In this document: positions 10,534 through 22,090 of the stretch, one piece after another
Layout of the letters: each line of letters starts with the position of its first letter
Position numbering within the stretch: the first letter of the stretch is position 1
DNA from: Octopus bimaculoides
Taxonomy: Eukaryota
NCBI RefSeq assembly: GCF_001194135.2
Contig: NC_068981.1
Location: forward strand, 114,382,716-114,417,598
Direction of reading: 5' to 3'
Length of the DNA stretch: 34,883 nt
Position numbers and translations under genes: made by a program
Notes under the pieces: generated by a model
Databases searched by the model: none
What the model was told of the DNA's origin: nothing
What the model saw: the letters and a program-made list of their open reading frames with translations, nothing else

Positions 10534-11714
10534 CAGGGTGCTGTAAATAAATTGTCGTCTAAATTACGCAAAAATGAAAATAACACTGATATCTCATTTC
10601 AAAAGGTATATTTACCAAAGTTGCATTAACATATCTTGAAATATTAAAGAGTAAATTTATATATAAACTATTTGATAAAATCGCCATTGACTTCAACCAC
10701 ATCCTCCAGATTCCAGATGGTCTCTTTGTTGAAGCTAGTGAGTGCTGCCATAATCCTTGCCTTCAGTTCATCTTTGGTGTTACAAGGAGTTTGTTGATCT
10801 CTAGCTCAACTGCCTCCCACACAGAATAACCAAGGGGGTTGCAGTCATGGAGTTGGGTGGCCAGATGTTAGGGTGATTTGGTCGCAGAAATTGTCTTACA
10901 GCCATGACTGGGTTCTCCTGCTTATGTGGCATGGTGCAGAGTCCTGTTATTAGACATAGGGTCTTCCAGCAGCCATCCTCCTGACCCAGGGCAGCACCAC
11001 CTCCTCCAGGCACTTGATGTAGGCCTCCGTGTTGAGTATGAGGCTGTGTGGGAAGATGAATGGAGACATAACGTGATCATTCCAAACACCATGATGTTGA
11101 TTGGGTGCTTGATTTTTATCACCCTCGGTATATGTTTTGGGAATACGGCAAGCCAACGGCTGTTCTGTGTGTTCACCCTGACAGAATTTTTTCTCATCTG
11201 AAGAAAACCAAAGCATAATCTGTTGGAGGGCATGTCTTAATTTGTTCAAATGCTTCGTAGCGCGGTCTTTCGTCTTGTACTTGATGGCTTGGAATAAAAA
11301 TTGGCCGTTTCTCATCCCTGACAATGGACCTGATTGACTTGTCAATCATAGCCTGGATCTCACCAACTAATTCAGGACATATTTTCTTATCAGAACGATC
11401 AGAATGAGGTTTGCGAGCTGTCGTACGTTCGTAATCACCATTAAACTCATCCATCTCTTTCCGAATCCTCTCCACTGTCCTCAGATTGACGTCCAAACAA
11501 TCTGAAATGTTCGTAAGAGAGCTTCTGGCGCGAATTCCAAGCAGTACAGCACGTCGTTCCCAAATTTCTGGCAGAGAGAATTGTATCATGGTGCTGTTTT
11601 TCTCTCAGAGGGTGCCCAACTGACCCTTCTATTCTGTGTAGTCGACAAAATCAAAAACAAGCAGCGCGCAAAATTAAAAGTATAACATCGCGACAGTTTA
11701 CCCATCGCACCCTG
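10534..11714 (-). mobile_element. Tc1/mariner superfamily element of the DD37D (maT) type, full-length but inactivated
   Basis: Imperfect TIRs CAGGGTGC...TAAA(T/C)TGTCG flanked by TA at 10532-33 and 11715-16. Transposase from 11589 (-): MIQFSLPEIWERRAVLLGIRA...FSSDEKKF...RPYV**QDSAPCH...IWPPNS/DCNPLGY. There are 37 residues between the 2nd D and the 3rd catalytic position (decayed D>G), counted across a frameshift. Confidence 0.9.
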
Positions 11715-11719
11715 TAAAA

Positions 11720-11792
11720 ATATTTCAATGATTCATGTAACAAGAGTATTTTAAAATTTCCAGATATAAAAACAATCAGTATTATCATTTAA
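11720..11792 (+). repeat. ~70-bp dispersed repeat, copy 2
   Basis: Matches 6745..6815 with about 5 differences; begins a few bases after the right TA of the maT element. Confidence 0.9.
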
Positions 11793-11799
11793 ACATAGT

Positions 11800-12152
11800 A
11801 AGACAGTTGCAAGAAAAGTATTTGGCCAAAAGTAAACCATTGTACTTAGCCTTCGTCTATCTGGAGAAAGCTTTCGACAGGGTTTCCCGATTTCTCATCT
11901 GGTGGCCTCTAAAGAAGCCAGGAGTATAGGAGTGACTTGTTAGAGCCATTCCAGCCATGTACAGCGATGCTTTCAGTAAGGTGAGAGTCGGCCTTGAGTA
12001 CACTGATGAATTTAGTGTACAAGCTGGAGTTTACCAGGGATCCGGTCTTAGATCACTCTTATTCATCATAGTTCTCCAGGCCATAACAGAGGAATTAAAA
12101 AATGGGAGCTAAGGGAACTACTATATGCTAATGATCTTGCTCTTATTGCAGA
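11800..12152 (+). mobile_element. LINE reverse transcriptase fragment (RTE-like), degenerate
   Basis: RQLQEKYLAKSKPLYLAFVYLEKAFDRVSR...GVYQGSGLRSLLFIIVLQAITEELK/ELLYANDLALIAE, covering RT motifs FxDLEKAFD, QGS and YADD(decayed). Confidence 0.88.
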
Positions 12153-15100
12153 AGATGATGGTCTTCGTTGTAGTCCATGTTGGGTTGTTGGTGCACTCGA
12201 AGGTGGTCGAAGAGTCCATTTCGGACCATGAAGCATCTTCTACAAGTTGGGTAAGTTATTCCTTGGTGGACATCTGGTCCGAGTTGGAGTTGCGTCTCAT
12301 TCCTCTTTTGCTTGTCTTCCAGTTCTTCACATTTGTTTGTCTCCAATGTAGTTATTCCTTGACAGATGATGGATTTCCAGAGTTTTCGGTCATGTGCATT
12401 TTCTTCCCAGTTGTTGAAATTGATGTTATATTTTTTCATGTTAACCTTCAACAGATGCCTGTATCTCTTCTGTCCTCCATTCTTCCCTTTTCCTTCATTC
12501 AGTTCAGAATAGATCTGTATTGGTAAACGGTCATCGGACATTTGAACAACATGCCCACTCCATCTCACTTGATTCTTGATGATGTGAGCCTCGAGAGTTG
12601 TTTCTCTGAGCTTGATTGACGGCTCTTCTGGTTGGGTTGTTTGGGGGTGTTTGGTACAGAATATGGGTCTTCTTAGAGTTGACATTGAGACCAAGGGTGC
12701 TGTATGCTCGGTTGAAGGCGTTCAGTACCTGGACCTGCTGAAGGTCTCCCCCCGAAAGAACAGCAATACAATTGTCATCTGCATATTGGAACTCAATCAG
12801 GAAGGTGGAAGATATCTTGGTTTTGGAACTGATACGGACAAAGTTGAAGTTTCCCTTATGGAAGATCTTCCTTAATCGTGTGCAGGTTTGTAGCGATGAA
12901 GATGACAAAAGTGTTGAAGCGATTACATATCCCTGCTTTACACCCGTTTTTACTTGGAAAGGGTCAGATATTCTTTGGTCGACCAGGGTAGTTGCAAACA
13001 TGTCATCATAGAAGAGTCTTAGAATGTGGATGTACTTTAGAGGGTGTCTATAAGTGGAGAGAATGTTCCAGAGACACGGAACCGAACGCCTTGGTCAGAT
13101 CAATGAAAGCCATGTGCAGCGGTTGATACTGTTCACGGTAGTACCAACGCAATGAATTGACGCAAGGTGAAGATTATATCAATGGTTCCCTGGTCTAAAA
13201 TCTGCTTGAGCCTTCGGAAGAATTTTCGCTGCCAATGGTTTTAAGCGGTTGTTCATAATCTGAGCAAGGACCTTGCCAACAGTTGCCAAAAAGGGATTCC
13301 CCTCAAATTTTCACTTTCAGATCGTTCTCTTGTCTTCTTGTAGAGAGTCATGTGAGCTGAATCTCTGACGTCAGATGGTAGCTCTTCGTTGGTCCAAATC
13401 TTGATGAGGAGCTGGTGCAGTTGGTAATGGAGTAGGCTGTCGCCGATCTGGGAAATCTCAGCGGAGATCCCTTCCAACCCTGCAGCCTTGTTGTTCTTCA
13501 AAGTGATGATGGTTTCTTTCACTTCAGCAAGGGTTGTAACTTGCTTAAGGAATTTTCAAAGGGTTGTTGTGGGACGAAATCTAGGACGTCACTATCAAAA
13601 TTGGTGTCTTGATTAAGCAGCTCTTGGAAGTGCTTTCTCCACCTCAAATTGATCTCAGCATTATTCTTGGGGATGCTTGAGCTATCTTGCTTTTCAGTGG
13701 GGCTTGACCACTGGTCCGACGATTGTCTGGGTGGCATTAAAGAAACCTCTGGTGTCATTGGCATCTGCAAGTTGTGGAATTTCCTTTGCCTTGCCTCTCC
13801 ACTATTAGTTTTTCAGGTTTCGAGTGGTTTTCTGAACTTCGGCTTCGCATTCTTGATATAGCTTGCATTTTGCATTGGATCTCTAATCATTTTGGGTGTC
13901 GACGAAGGCTTTTCTTTCTACATCAAATTTTTTGAGCTGCTCATCATTTTCATCGAATCAAGCTTGATGTGTTTCTTGGTCTTGAATCCGATGGTATATT
14001 TGCAGGTGTCCACAATGACGGGTTTCCGTTGGTTACAGTGTTCCTTAATAGATAATGACAGTTTCACTTCCTGCTGAGTCTTTCATGTAGTGTTATACAG
14101 AGTTTCACTACTTTCTCGAAGTCTTGGTGTTGTTTCGGTTTGACGTTTCCTCTTGGGTCGTATCATCATTCTCATGATAGATGAAATAAGTCGATGATCT
14201 CTCCAACAAACATCGGCATCTGGGGCTGCAGTTGTTTTCATGACGTCTTGTTGGTTTCTGACTCTTACAATAACATAATTAATCAGGTGCCAATGTTTGG
14301 AACGTGGATATTACCAGGAAACTTTGTGTTTGGTTTTCTGGCAAAATAAGGTGTTAGTGATCACCAAGTCATGTTCTGCACATTTTGTCAAGAGTGTTCC
14401 GTTTGCGTTGAATTTGCCACCTCCTTCCTTCCCTATGGTGCTTTCCAGAGGTTGTGATCTCTCCCAACTCTGGCATTTAATTCTCCTAGTAAAATGATTT
14501 TATCGCTTTTGGGGATGGGCGAGACAATGTTGTTGAGTTGGGCATAGAAATTCTCCTTCACTTCATCTTCAGCGTCTACAGTTGGAGCATAAGCGCTGAT
14601 GATGGTGGTACGTTGATTCTTTTGAAGGCGAATTTAAAGTCATGAGGCGTTCACTTTTCTCGGTTGATTGTTCGATGAGCTTGGGTAGTAGACTATTCTT
14701 GATGGCAAAACTCACTCTGTAGATTCTTGGTTATTCAGAAAAAGGTGTAATTAGCTTTTTCTCCTCTCACTTGACTCTCTCCAGCTCTGGGGGTCTCACT
14801 CGGAGCGACGATGTCAAAATCGAGTCGGCGAAACTTTCGAGCCACAAAAGAGGTTCCTATCTCAGGTCGATCGAAAGTTGGGTTGTCCATAATATTGCGA
14901 ATGTTCTGAGTTCCAAATTTCAGAATTTTATTTCTTGAAGCTTTTTGACCGCATGGATGGTGATCCCTCTAGATGCGGTTATTCAGGCGGGATGGATTGA
15001 AGCAGACTATTTTTAGGGCACTTTTCTAGCTCCCTCCCAATTCAGGGTGAGCAGAGCTGATCCTAAATAGGACTGCTCAGTCGTGAATATAGCTGTCGAG

Positions 15101-15545
15101 CACCTTTCTGCTTCTACCCGAAGATGAACGACTAAATCGAATATTCACCGCTTTCGTGCTAGTTTTTGACTAGCAACTCACATGCCTGCTCCCGTCACCC
15201 GTCCCTGATCACCGAAAGATTGAGGAATGTACTAACAAGACGAAGACGCTTCTGCATGAATTTGTTTAGCATGTATTTAGTGTTGCACTTCAAGAAGCAT
15301 ATGGTCCTTCACAAATCCATCAACTGGGTCCAATGGAATGAAGAACAAAGACGATTATAGTTAACAGATTCATTGCAGCTTTCACCCACCTTCACAGTCG
15401 TTGAGTTGGTTCAGAGACAACTTCCTCCATCTGACCCACTGTTGAGGACTTGATTCACCGGAGCCAGCCCCGCTAGCCGTCTCGTTTCGAGATTCCTGTT
15501 GAGCCTTCACGGCAACCGAAACAGTCACGGGGTACACAAAGTCCC
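12143..15545 (-). mobile_element. Near full-length RTE-clade LINE (APE endonuclease + RT + C-terminal zinc finger), heavily frameshifted
   Basis: APE start CGQKASRNKILKFGTQNIRNIMDNPTFDRPE...DIVAPSET near 14950. RT motifs AAGLEGISAEI, IFTLRQ...MAFIDLTKAF, GVKQGYVIASTL and EFQYADD. C-terminus QVRWSGHVVQMSDDRLP...YPTCRRCFMVRNGLFDHLRVH. The 5' UTR boundary is approximate. Confidence 0.95.
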
Positions 15546-16555
15546 ACTGTATTTTACTTCAACAGGCTATACCCCTACTTGATCAGTGACCAAATGTCAC
15601 TATGAGGAAGTGGTGTTATACTTTGACACCTTCACCCTAGAAGTCAATAGAAAACTATCCGAGTAATTGCCAGTGACTGGTTTACAGACGAAATGTCACC
15701 TCACTTCCTTTCTTTGAGTTACATTGCTACTAGAGTGAATTTTTTAAGCAGTTAGGGTCATATCATCTTCACCCAAATCCATCCAACATAAACTGTGTCA
15801 ATTTCACCTGGCCCGAGGGATTTAAGAAGGTCATTTCCTCCTGACTAGACCGTAAAACGCGTGTAAAATTTCACGAAAATATTACAACACAACTCTGTTT
15901 CAGCTACTAGTAACTTGATCGATGTACAGCGTTGCTTGATATCCACTGTAATGAATTGATATTCTTAAATATGTGCTTCGTTTTCTTTATTTTCGATATT
16001 CTATTAGAGTTTTAAGACCCCATAAAAAAGAACATGCTAAAATTATGAATTAATTTCTATAACAGAAACGTATTTTATTCATGATTTACATACAAATATT
16101 TCATCAAGTCTAATAAATTATAAACATATTTCTCTAAAGCACAACTGTTGTATCTAAGACACCGTCAAAAATTTGCATTGAGCATTAGTAATAAAAGACT
16201 TTAATCCTTCAATATAAGAAGACTGAGAGAGAAAGGCCTTTTTAATAATATCACTTTTGTTTCATTTCATGTGATCGTAGCAGGAAGAAACAACTGGGTA
16301 ATCCAGATTTGTCGGACTTAATAAACCAGTTCTGGAGGTTTTTTGCTGGTTCTGTGGATGGAAACAGCTTCTTTCAGGGTGCGTGTATATATGTGTCTAT
16401 GTATGGGTATGTATGTGGATATGATTTTATACAGAAGTACATGTTCATCCTTCCATCCATCTATCCACCCATCCATACATACATGCATACATACATGGAT
16501 AGAAGGATGAACATGTATTTGTATATAACCACACCTACAAACTTACGTACATGTG

Positions 16556-16589
<34 letters not shown>

Positions 16590-16864
16590 TGTATGTAGAG
16601 TGTGATTCTGTGTAAAGATAAGAGCAACCAGCTCGTAGAGACCATGAACGGCGTCTCGCTTTACGTATTCGGCGAATAGTAACGACGCAGAAACGTATTC
16701 GTACTGCGGTCCTTCCACTCATTTATGATCTAACAGAGTATTTACACCCATATTTTCTGATGAGATTCTTTCTCTTGAAGCGAACGTACAGCGTTTGTCT
16801 GTATATGTCCATATGTACTGGAACATGTGACTTTACATAATCGTTTATGTGTGTGTGCTTGTAC

Positions 16865-16867
16865 ATT

Positions 16868-16917
<50 letters not shown>

Positions 16918-16983
16918 GAGGGGGGATAGACAGATAGATAGATATTTAGGTAGGTAGGTAGGTAGGTAGGGATGTAAGTAGGC

Positions 16984-17037
<54 letters not shown>

Positions 17038-17075
17038 ACAGACAGACAGACAGACACATAGATAGGTTGATAGAT
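16865..17075. repeat. Compound microsatellite (TA)n-(GA)n-(GATA)n-(GGTA)n-(GACA)n
   Basis: Direct inspection; explains the YLSI/IYLS ORFs. Confidence 0.95.
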
Positions 17076-17200
17076 ATACCTGTATGTGCACATGCATGAA
17101 TAAATATAGGCATATCAAAGATCACACAACAAAAATGCTTGTTTTATTTACATTATCTCTGTTCCTAGATGGTGTTTCATAGTTACAAAACGGTAACTAG

Positions 17201-17250
17201 GACCAGCTCCATATGAGAAGGGGAGATAATCTCAAGTATCAGGAATTCCT
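17201..17250 (+). repeat. Dispersed copy of the GAAGGGGAGATAATCTCAAG palindromic-family arm
   Basis: GACCAGCTCCATATGAGAAGGGGAGATAATCTCAAGTATCAGGAATT matches 3128-3160 and the reverse complement of 3395-3425. Confidence 0.8.
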
Positions 17251-18415
17251 CAAATAAGAACAGGTTTATTTTCTGGAGACAAGAGGACTATACATAAAAG
17301 GCTAGAGCATATTTTGGCCTCAGTAATTCCCTTGGCTACTGCAGATGAGGTAGAAACTGAAGGATATTTTGCAGATATATTGATCAGGATATATGACAAA
17401 GTAGAAATTTCTCTTTCTTCTCAATAATTTTAGTATTGTAATTATTAGAATCCGTTCACTTCTAGAATATTTTTAACGAATTGCGTTCTGTCGTTATAAT
17501 TATTTTAAGAATGTGTGACAAGGTAATATTTTGGAGTAATTGCAATAAGGTTGCAGACAAATACGATTTATTATTGAATTGCTAGCAGTTAGAAAAGTAA
17601 TGATTGGAAGTAAACATAATTGGTATATTTATCTCCTGTTTTATATTATACGTTCCTTTTAACTATTTCACTAATATCATCATTAATAGTTTTCACTCTC
17701 TTCATCATTATTTTTGGCAAAGGTAGGAACAAGACAATTTACTCACTTCCTCCTTCCTGAGATGTATCAGTCTTTATGGATGTATAAGAAAATAAGTGCT
17801 TCGACGAACACTTTAACCCAAGGAGAGACTCCCGGTAAGAACAATTTGCACTTCAGTTTCGATTCTTGCTTGAAACTGACAAAATTTAACTATTCATGAC
17901 AACATAGTTCTCTATCTTCTTATATGTTGAGCCTCCCCTTCACAGCATTGTACTTAGTCGAAAGGCCTGACCTGATTGATAGCATTCTCTTATATAATTG
18001 GGAAACTGGGAAATCAGAGACAAATTGTAGACATGTAATGAAAAATATAATTTTATATTGAAAATTAAGAACTTTTCGTACCTTTGCCCAGTTATGTTAT
18101 TTCTAAAAATACCCAAACACCAAAACCCAATAATGGACAAACTGGTACGTGGCATATAGTTTACACAGTTTCAGAGTCATTGTAAGAGGATTCCATATTT
18201 TGTCTCTATTATACTATTCTGCTAGCTCTATCTTCATATCTAGTATTGGTAGAATATTTGCCAGTCCTTCTAACCATAATTACCTGCAGGTAGATTCTTT
18301 CGAAATATCTTCATGAACTGCTGATACGAAAGTTTTCTCCATTTTAATCGTCTTCCTATTTACTGACATTTATATAATACATGTTATTCATCAAAGATCT
18401 ATTTTTGGTTTTCAG

Positions 18416-18467
18416 AATTGATGGCAACATCGATCTTAATATCAGGTAAACAGATTTCAGCCAACAG
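18416..18467 (+). other. Probable 5' UTR exon of the 19031 gene, containing an upstream ATG (18421)
   Basis: Polypyrimidine acceptor TTTTTGGTTTTCAG ends at 18415. Donors CAG|GTAAAC (after 18445) and CAG|GTAAAT (after 18467). A strong downstream acceptor TTTTTTTTATTCAG ends at 19011, 19 nt before the main ATG. Confidence 0.55.
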
Positions 18468-19030
18468 GTAAATATTATTCATGTTAGTTTACTTGAAACA
18501 ACAAGTTATAATCGATATATCCCCTTGAGAACGGTATCCGGGGATACTGTATGGAAAGTTGTAGCCTATAGTGGATTTGCATGTGCTGTACCTTCTAGCA
18601 TAGATTCAGTGATGTTACTACGACTGTCTGAGGACTTGCATCCCTTTGGGAAGAATTAGTTTTTCTAGAGTATTATACAGTTTTTCTGAATGTTAGACTA
18701 CCGTGTGTGTAGTAACACAATATTTGAAATTCTGGAGATATTCCACCTTTGTTCCAGACCGTCAGTTATTTAATTTTTCTTTTTACGTCATCGAATAAGG
18801 TGGAAGAAGTTCGAGTTCAAATTTTTCCTGAAATTGTTTGTGTATTTCAGTTTATAAAGGGAAAGTTATTCGTAAATGTAACTTTTAAATCTTGACTGTA
18901 TTTTATTCAAATCCATAAGCTGATTTTTTAAAAGAAATCTTCATTCACGTTTAATCGCTAAAATTAATTCACATTTTGCTAATTTTCTCTCACGTACTTT
19001 TTTTTATTCAGATTCCTGAAATAACCGAAG

Positions 19031-20020
19031 ATGGCCTTTAAAATACCATTGAAAATATGCTCTTTTGTTTTTGCTCTGTTTATGGTCTACTATATCAGTT
19101 GGATTTACAACATGGACATAAAAAAATATAGAATAAATATCTTCACTCGTGACCAAATAGACAATGAAAAAAAGCTCTTAATTTTAACGACATCGTGGAA
19201 AAGTTCAATCGAAAAGCAGAAAGTTCACAAAAATACTGGGCAACTCTGGTCTCTATGGCCAGGGTTAGTGCAACCTGTTGCCTATATGGAAGATTCTGAG
19301 ATATTCCGAATAAACGAAAAATACAGAGAAAACATGGAAATGTTAATACAACACGGCTGGTTCATTAAACCCATTCCAAAAGTTGCCTGTGGAAAAGTAC
19401 CAGTGTTGAAATCAATGATACTTGATGTAATAAAAATTTTCAAAAACTCTGATTTTTACGGCTTTGCTAATAGTGATATTATTTTCAATCAAGGCCTTAC
19501 GAAAACTCTTGAATCGGTCAATAAAACAGGAGTTAAGAACGGCCCTTTATTAATAATAGGACGAAGGACAAATGTAAATTTTACAGACGGTCGAACAATT
19601 GACAGGCTCGAAAATGTGGCTGAAGTCGCTAAATCTGGTTCTTTGATGAAAGGCATTGCATTAGACTATTTCCTAACAAATCGCCACTTTCCCTGGCATT
19701 TGTTACCAGATCTAGTTGTAGGACGTATCCATTATGATAACTGGTTAGTATATTTTGCCATTACACTAAACATTACTGTTATTGATGCCACTAATACAGT
19801 AATTGCAGTACACCAAACAACAGCGGATGGAAATGAAGCTGGAAGAAAGCATAATAATGCCTATTGTAACCAAAAAGTAATTGCGAAAATAGGGAAACCT
19901 TTCAAAACACGATGGGGTTATACAACATGCGTTCCCTTCTACACGAAATGGAATTCTGAATCAAACCAAGTTGAAATTGCGAAAAGAAATATTTGGAAAC
20001 ATTGCCACCCATATGGATGA
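19031..20020 (+). CDS. Uncharacterised type II membrane protein with a GT-A glycosyltransferase-like fold (329 aa, single coding exon)
   Basis: Intact 990-nt ORF, the only long non-repetitive ORF in the window. N-terminal hydrophobic anchor (ICSFVFALFMVYYISWIY) follows a short basic tail. Motifs FYGFANSDIIF, LLIIGRRTNV, LDYFL, LPDLVVGRIHYDNWLV and VIDATNTVIAVHQT; N-glycosylation sequons NKT, NFT, NIT. Good splice acceptor immediately upstream and AATAAA at ~20488. Confidence 0.9.
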   Translation: MAFKIPLKICSFVFALFMVYYISWIYNMDIKKYRINIFTRDQIDNEKKLLILTTSWKSSIEKQKVHKNTGQLWSLWPGLVQPVAYMEDSEIFRINEKYRENMEMLIQHGWFIKPIPKVACGKVPVLKSMILDVIKIFKNSDFYGFANSDIIFNQGLTKTLESVNKTGVKNGPLLIIGRRTNVNFTDGRTIDRLENVAEVAKSGSLMKGIALDYFLTNRHFPWHLLPDLVVGRIHYDNWLVYFAITLNITVIDATNTVIAVHQTTADGNEAGRKHNNAYCNQKVIAKIGKPFKTRWGYTTCVPFYTKWNSESNQVEIAKRNIWKHCHPYG

Positions 20021-20264
20021 TATGGTTAAAATAGTTTATAATTAATATTTTAATTGTTACTCTATTCAAAGTTGCAATTGATTTTATGTACCATAAATCT
20101 TTGCCATCTGTCGTTGTGTATTCATTCGGGATAGATAAAATATGAAATTGTAAGTTTGTGAAGGTCTTTTGATCAACAATATTCCCGCCAGACGAAACAT
20201 CATTGAATATAAAGAGAAAATGTAAAGTCTATTTCATTAGCTGTAAATGTAAAATTTATTTCTT

Positions 20265-20352
20265 CATGACTAGTACTACCCGATTATTATCCGAAGAGTT
20301 TATCGAACCCAGAAGGATGAAGCACAAGCCTGACTTTGACGGAATTGGATGC
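20265..20352 (-). mobile_element. Decayed antisense SINE fragment, in the putative 3' UTR
   Basis: TTTATCGAACCCAGAAGGATGAAGCACAAGCCTGACTTTGACGGAATT is the reverse complement of the SINE core seen at 33020-33080. Confidence 0.55.
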
Positions 20353-21392
20353 GTTAAAACCTGGCTAACATAATGTTAATTGAGGAACATAAGAATCTGT
20401 AAATGCTAAATCTATCGGATGATTTATACAAACTGTGAATCCGAGTTTATCAGTAGATTGGTTGGTGCCTTAATCGCAGAGCAATCAAATAAAAAATTAA
20501 GATTATATTGTTACATAATATTATTCAGGGTTACAATCATTAATCTAGTCTCTACTACTGTACCTAGTTTAACTCAATTTAATCTTATTTAATCTAATTC
20601 AGAGTAACCGTAAGAAACCTAATATTTCTTCAATGGGTTTTAGAGGTGGGTACTTAGCATATGATTTTTACATAGATTTATTATGCATCCTGTAGAACTT
20701 CTCCTGCTCTTTCTCTTTGTAGTTACTTTCAAATATTTTCTGTCTTAACTCATATAAATACCCCTCTTTCGTAAATTAGAGTAGTGAAAATATATAGTAG
20801 TAATTCCCTTTTCTCTATGTCCATTGGTTCGGAGAATATTTTTATGCTTTCTGACATATCAACTTCTCAGGACTGTGAATTTAGCAACTACAAAAATCAA
20901 AGAAGGTAATTTAATATGACAAATTTCTAAAATCTTCATCTACTGAATTATCTGGAGAAGTAATTCTGTCTCTTTAAAACTCTAAGACTAAGCAACCCAC
21001 ATAACAACATGATCTTCATTTTTGTCTAATTGCTATTTAAACATGTACACATTTATATACGCGAAAATGAAGTACAAGTTCATATATATGCAATAAACAC
21101 ACGCACACATAAATGTATAATTCATACATACATGCATACATACAAACGTACTATATACGTACTTGTGTACATTTGTGCATGCATACATACATATCTGTTT
21201 GCTACATCAAAAGTTGATAGATTGTTGTGAATTTCGCTCCGGGCTGTACAAATCTCAAAGTAAATTGTCAAATTTTGATATAATAAACAGTTGTGTCATC
21301 TCTCCTCAACGTATTGAATTCTATATCAGATTGTGTTCTACTGCTTAAAATGTATTTCAATACATGGGAACATTTTTATAAACAACTTTATA

Positions 21393-21962
21393 GGCGCAGG
21401 AGTGGCTAAGTAGCTTGTTTACCAACCACATGGTTCTGGGTTCAGTCCCACTGCTTGGCACCTTGGGCAAGTGTCTTCTACTATAGTCTCGGGCCGACCA
21501 AAGCCTTGTGAGTGGATTTGGTAGACGGAAACTGAAAGAAGCCCGTCGTATATATATATATATATATATNNNNNNNNNNNNNNNNNNNNNNNNNNNNNNN
21601 NNNNNNNNNNNNNNNNNNNNNNNNNNNNNNNNNNNNNNNNNNNNNNNNNNNNNNNNNNNNNNNNNNNNNNNNNNNNNNNNNNNNNNNNNNNNNNNNNNNN
21701 NNNNNNNNNNNNNNNNNNNNNNNNNNNTGTGTGTGTGTGTGTGTGTTTGCGTGTCTGTGCTTGTCCCTTCCCCCAACATCGCTTCACAACTGATGTTAGT
21801 GTGTTTACGACCCTGCAACTTAGCGGTTAGGCAGAAGAGACCGAAATAATAAGTAGTAGACTTACAAAGGATAAGTACTGGGGTCGAATTCCTAGACTAA
21901 AGGCGATGCTTCAGCATGGCCGCAGTCAAATGACTGAAACAAGTAAAAGACTAAAAGAGTAA
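21393..21962 (+). mobile_element. Near full-length octopus tRNA-derived SINE with internal (TA)n-gap-(TG)n; A-box region partly deleted
   Basis: Head GGCGCAGGAGTGGCT..AAGTAGC, B-box-like GGTTCAGTCCC, body GCACCTTGGGCAAGTGTCTTCTACTATAG...GGAAACTGAAAGAAGCCCGTCG, and a tail homologous to 8893..9093. Confidence 0.92.
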
Positions 21963-22090
21963 ACATAGAAGCACAGAGTGAGTTGGTGTTTTAGAAGAAA
22001 TCTCGAACGCTGGGGAATAGCTGTGAAAACAGATTGGAGGATCGTGTAAAATACTCTTATAGCATTATAAAAGACGAAATCTCTTGTCAC

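Noticed and set aside
16281-16379. Possible exon (RKKQLGNPDLSDLINQFWRFFAGSVDGNSFFQ) with a G|GTGCGT donor
   Set aside because: Weak acceptor, no recognisable homology and no partner coding exon.
16757-16786. Hammerhead-like CTGATGAG...CGAAC
   Set aside because: Stem II does not close before a GAAA and flanking stems I/III are missing.
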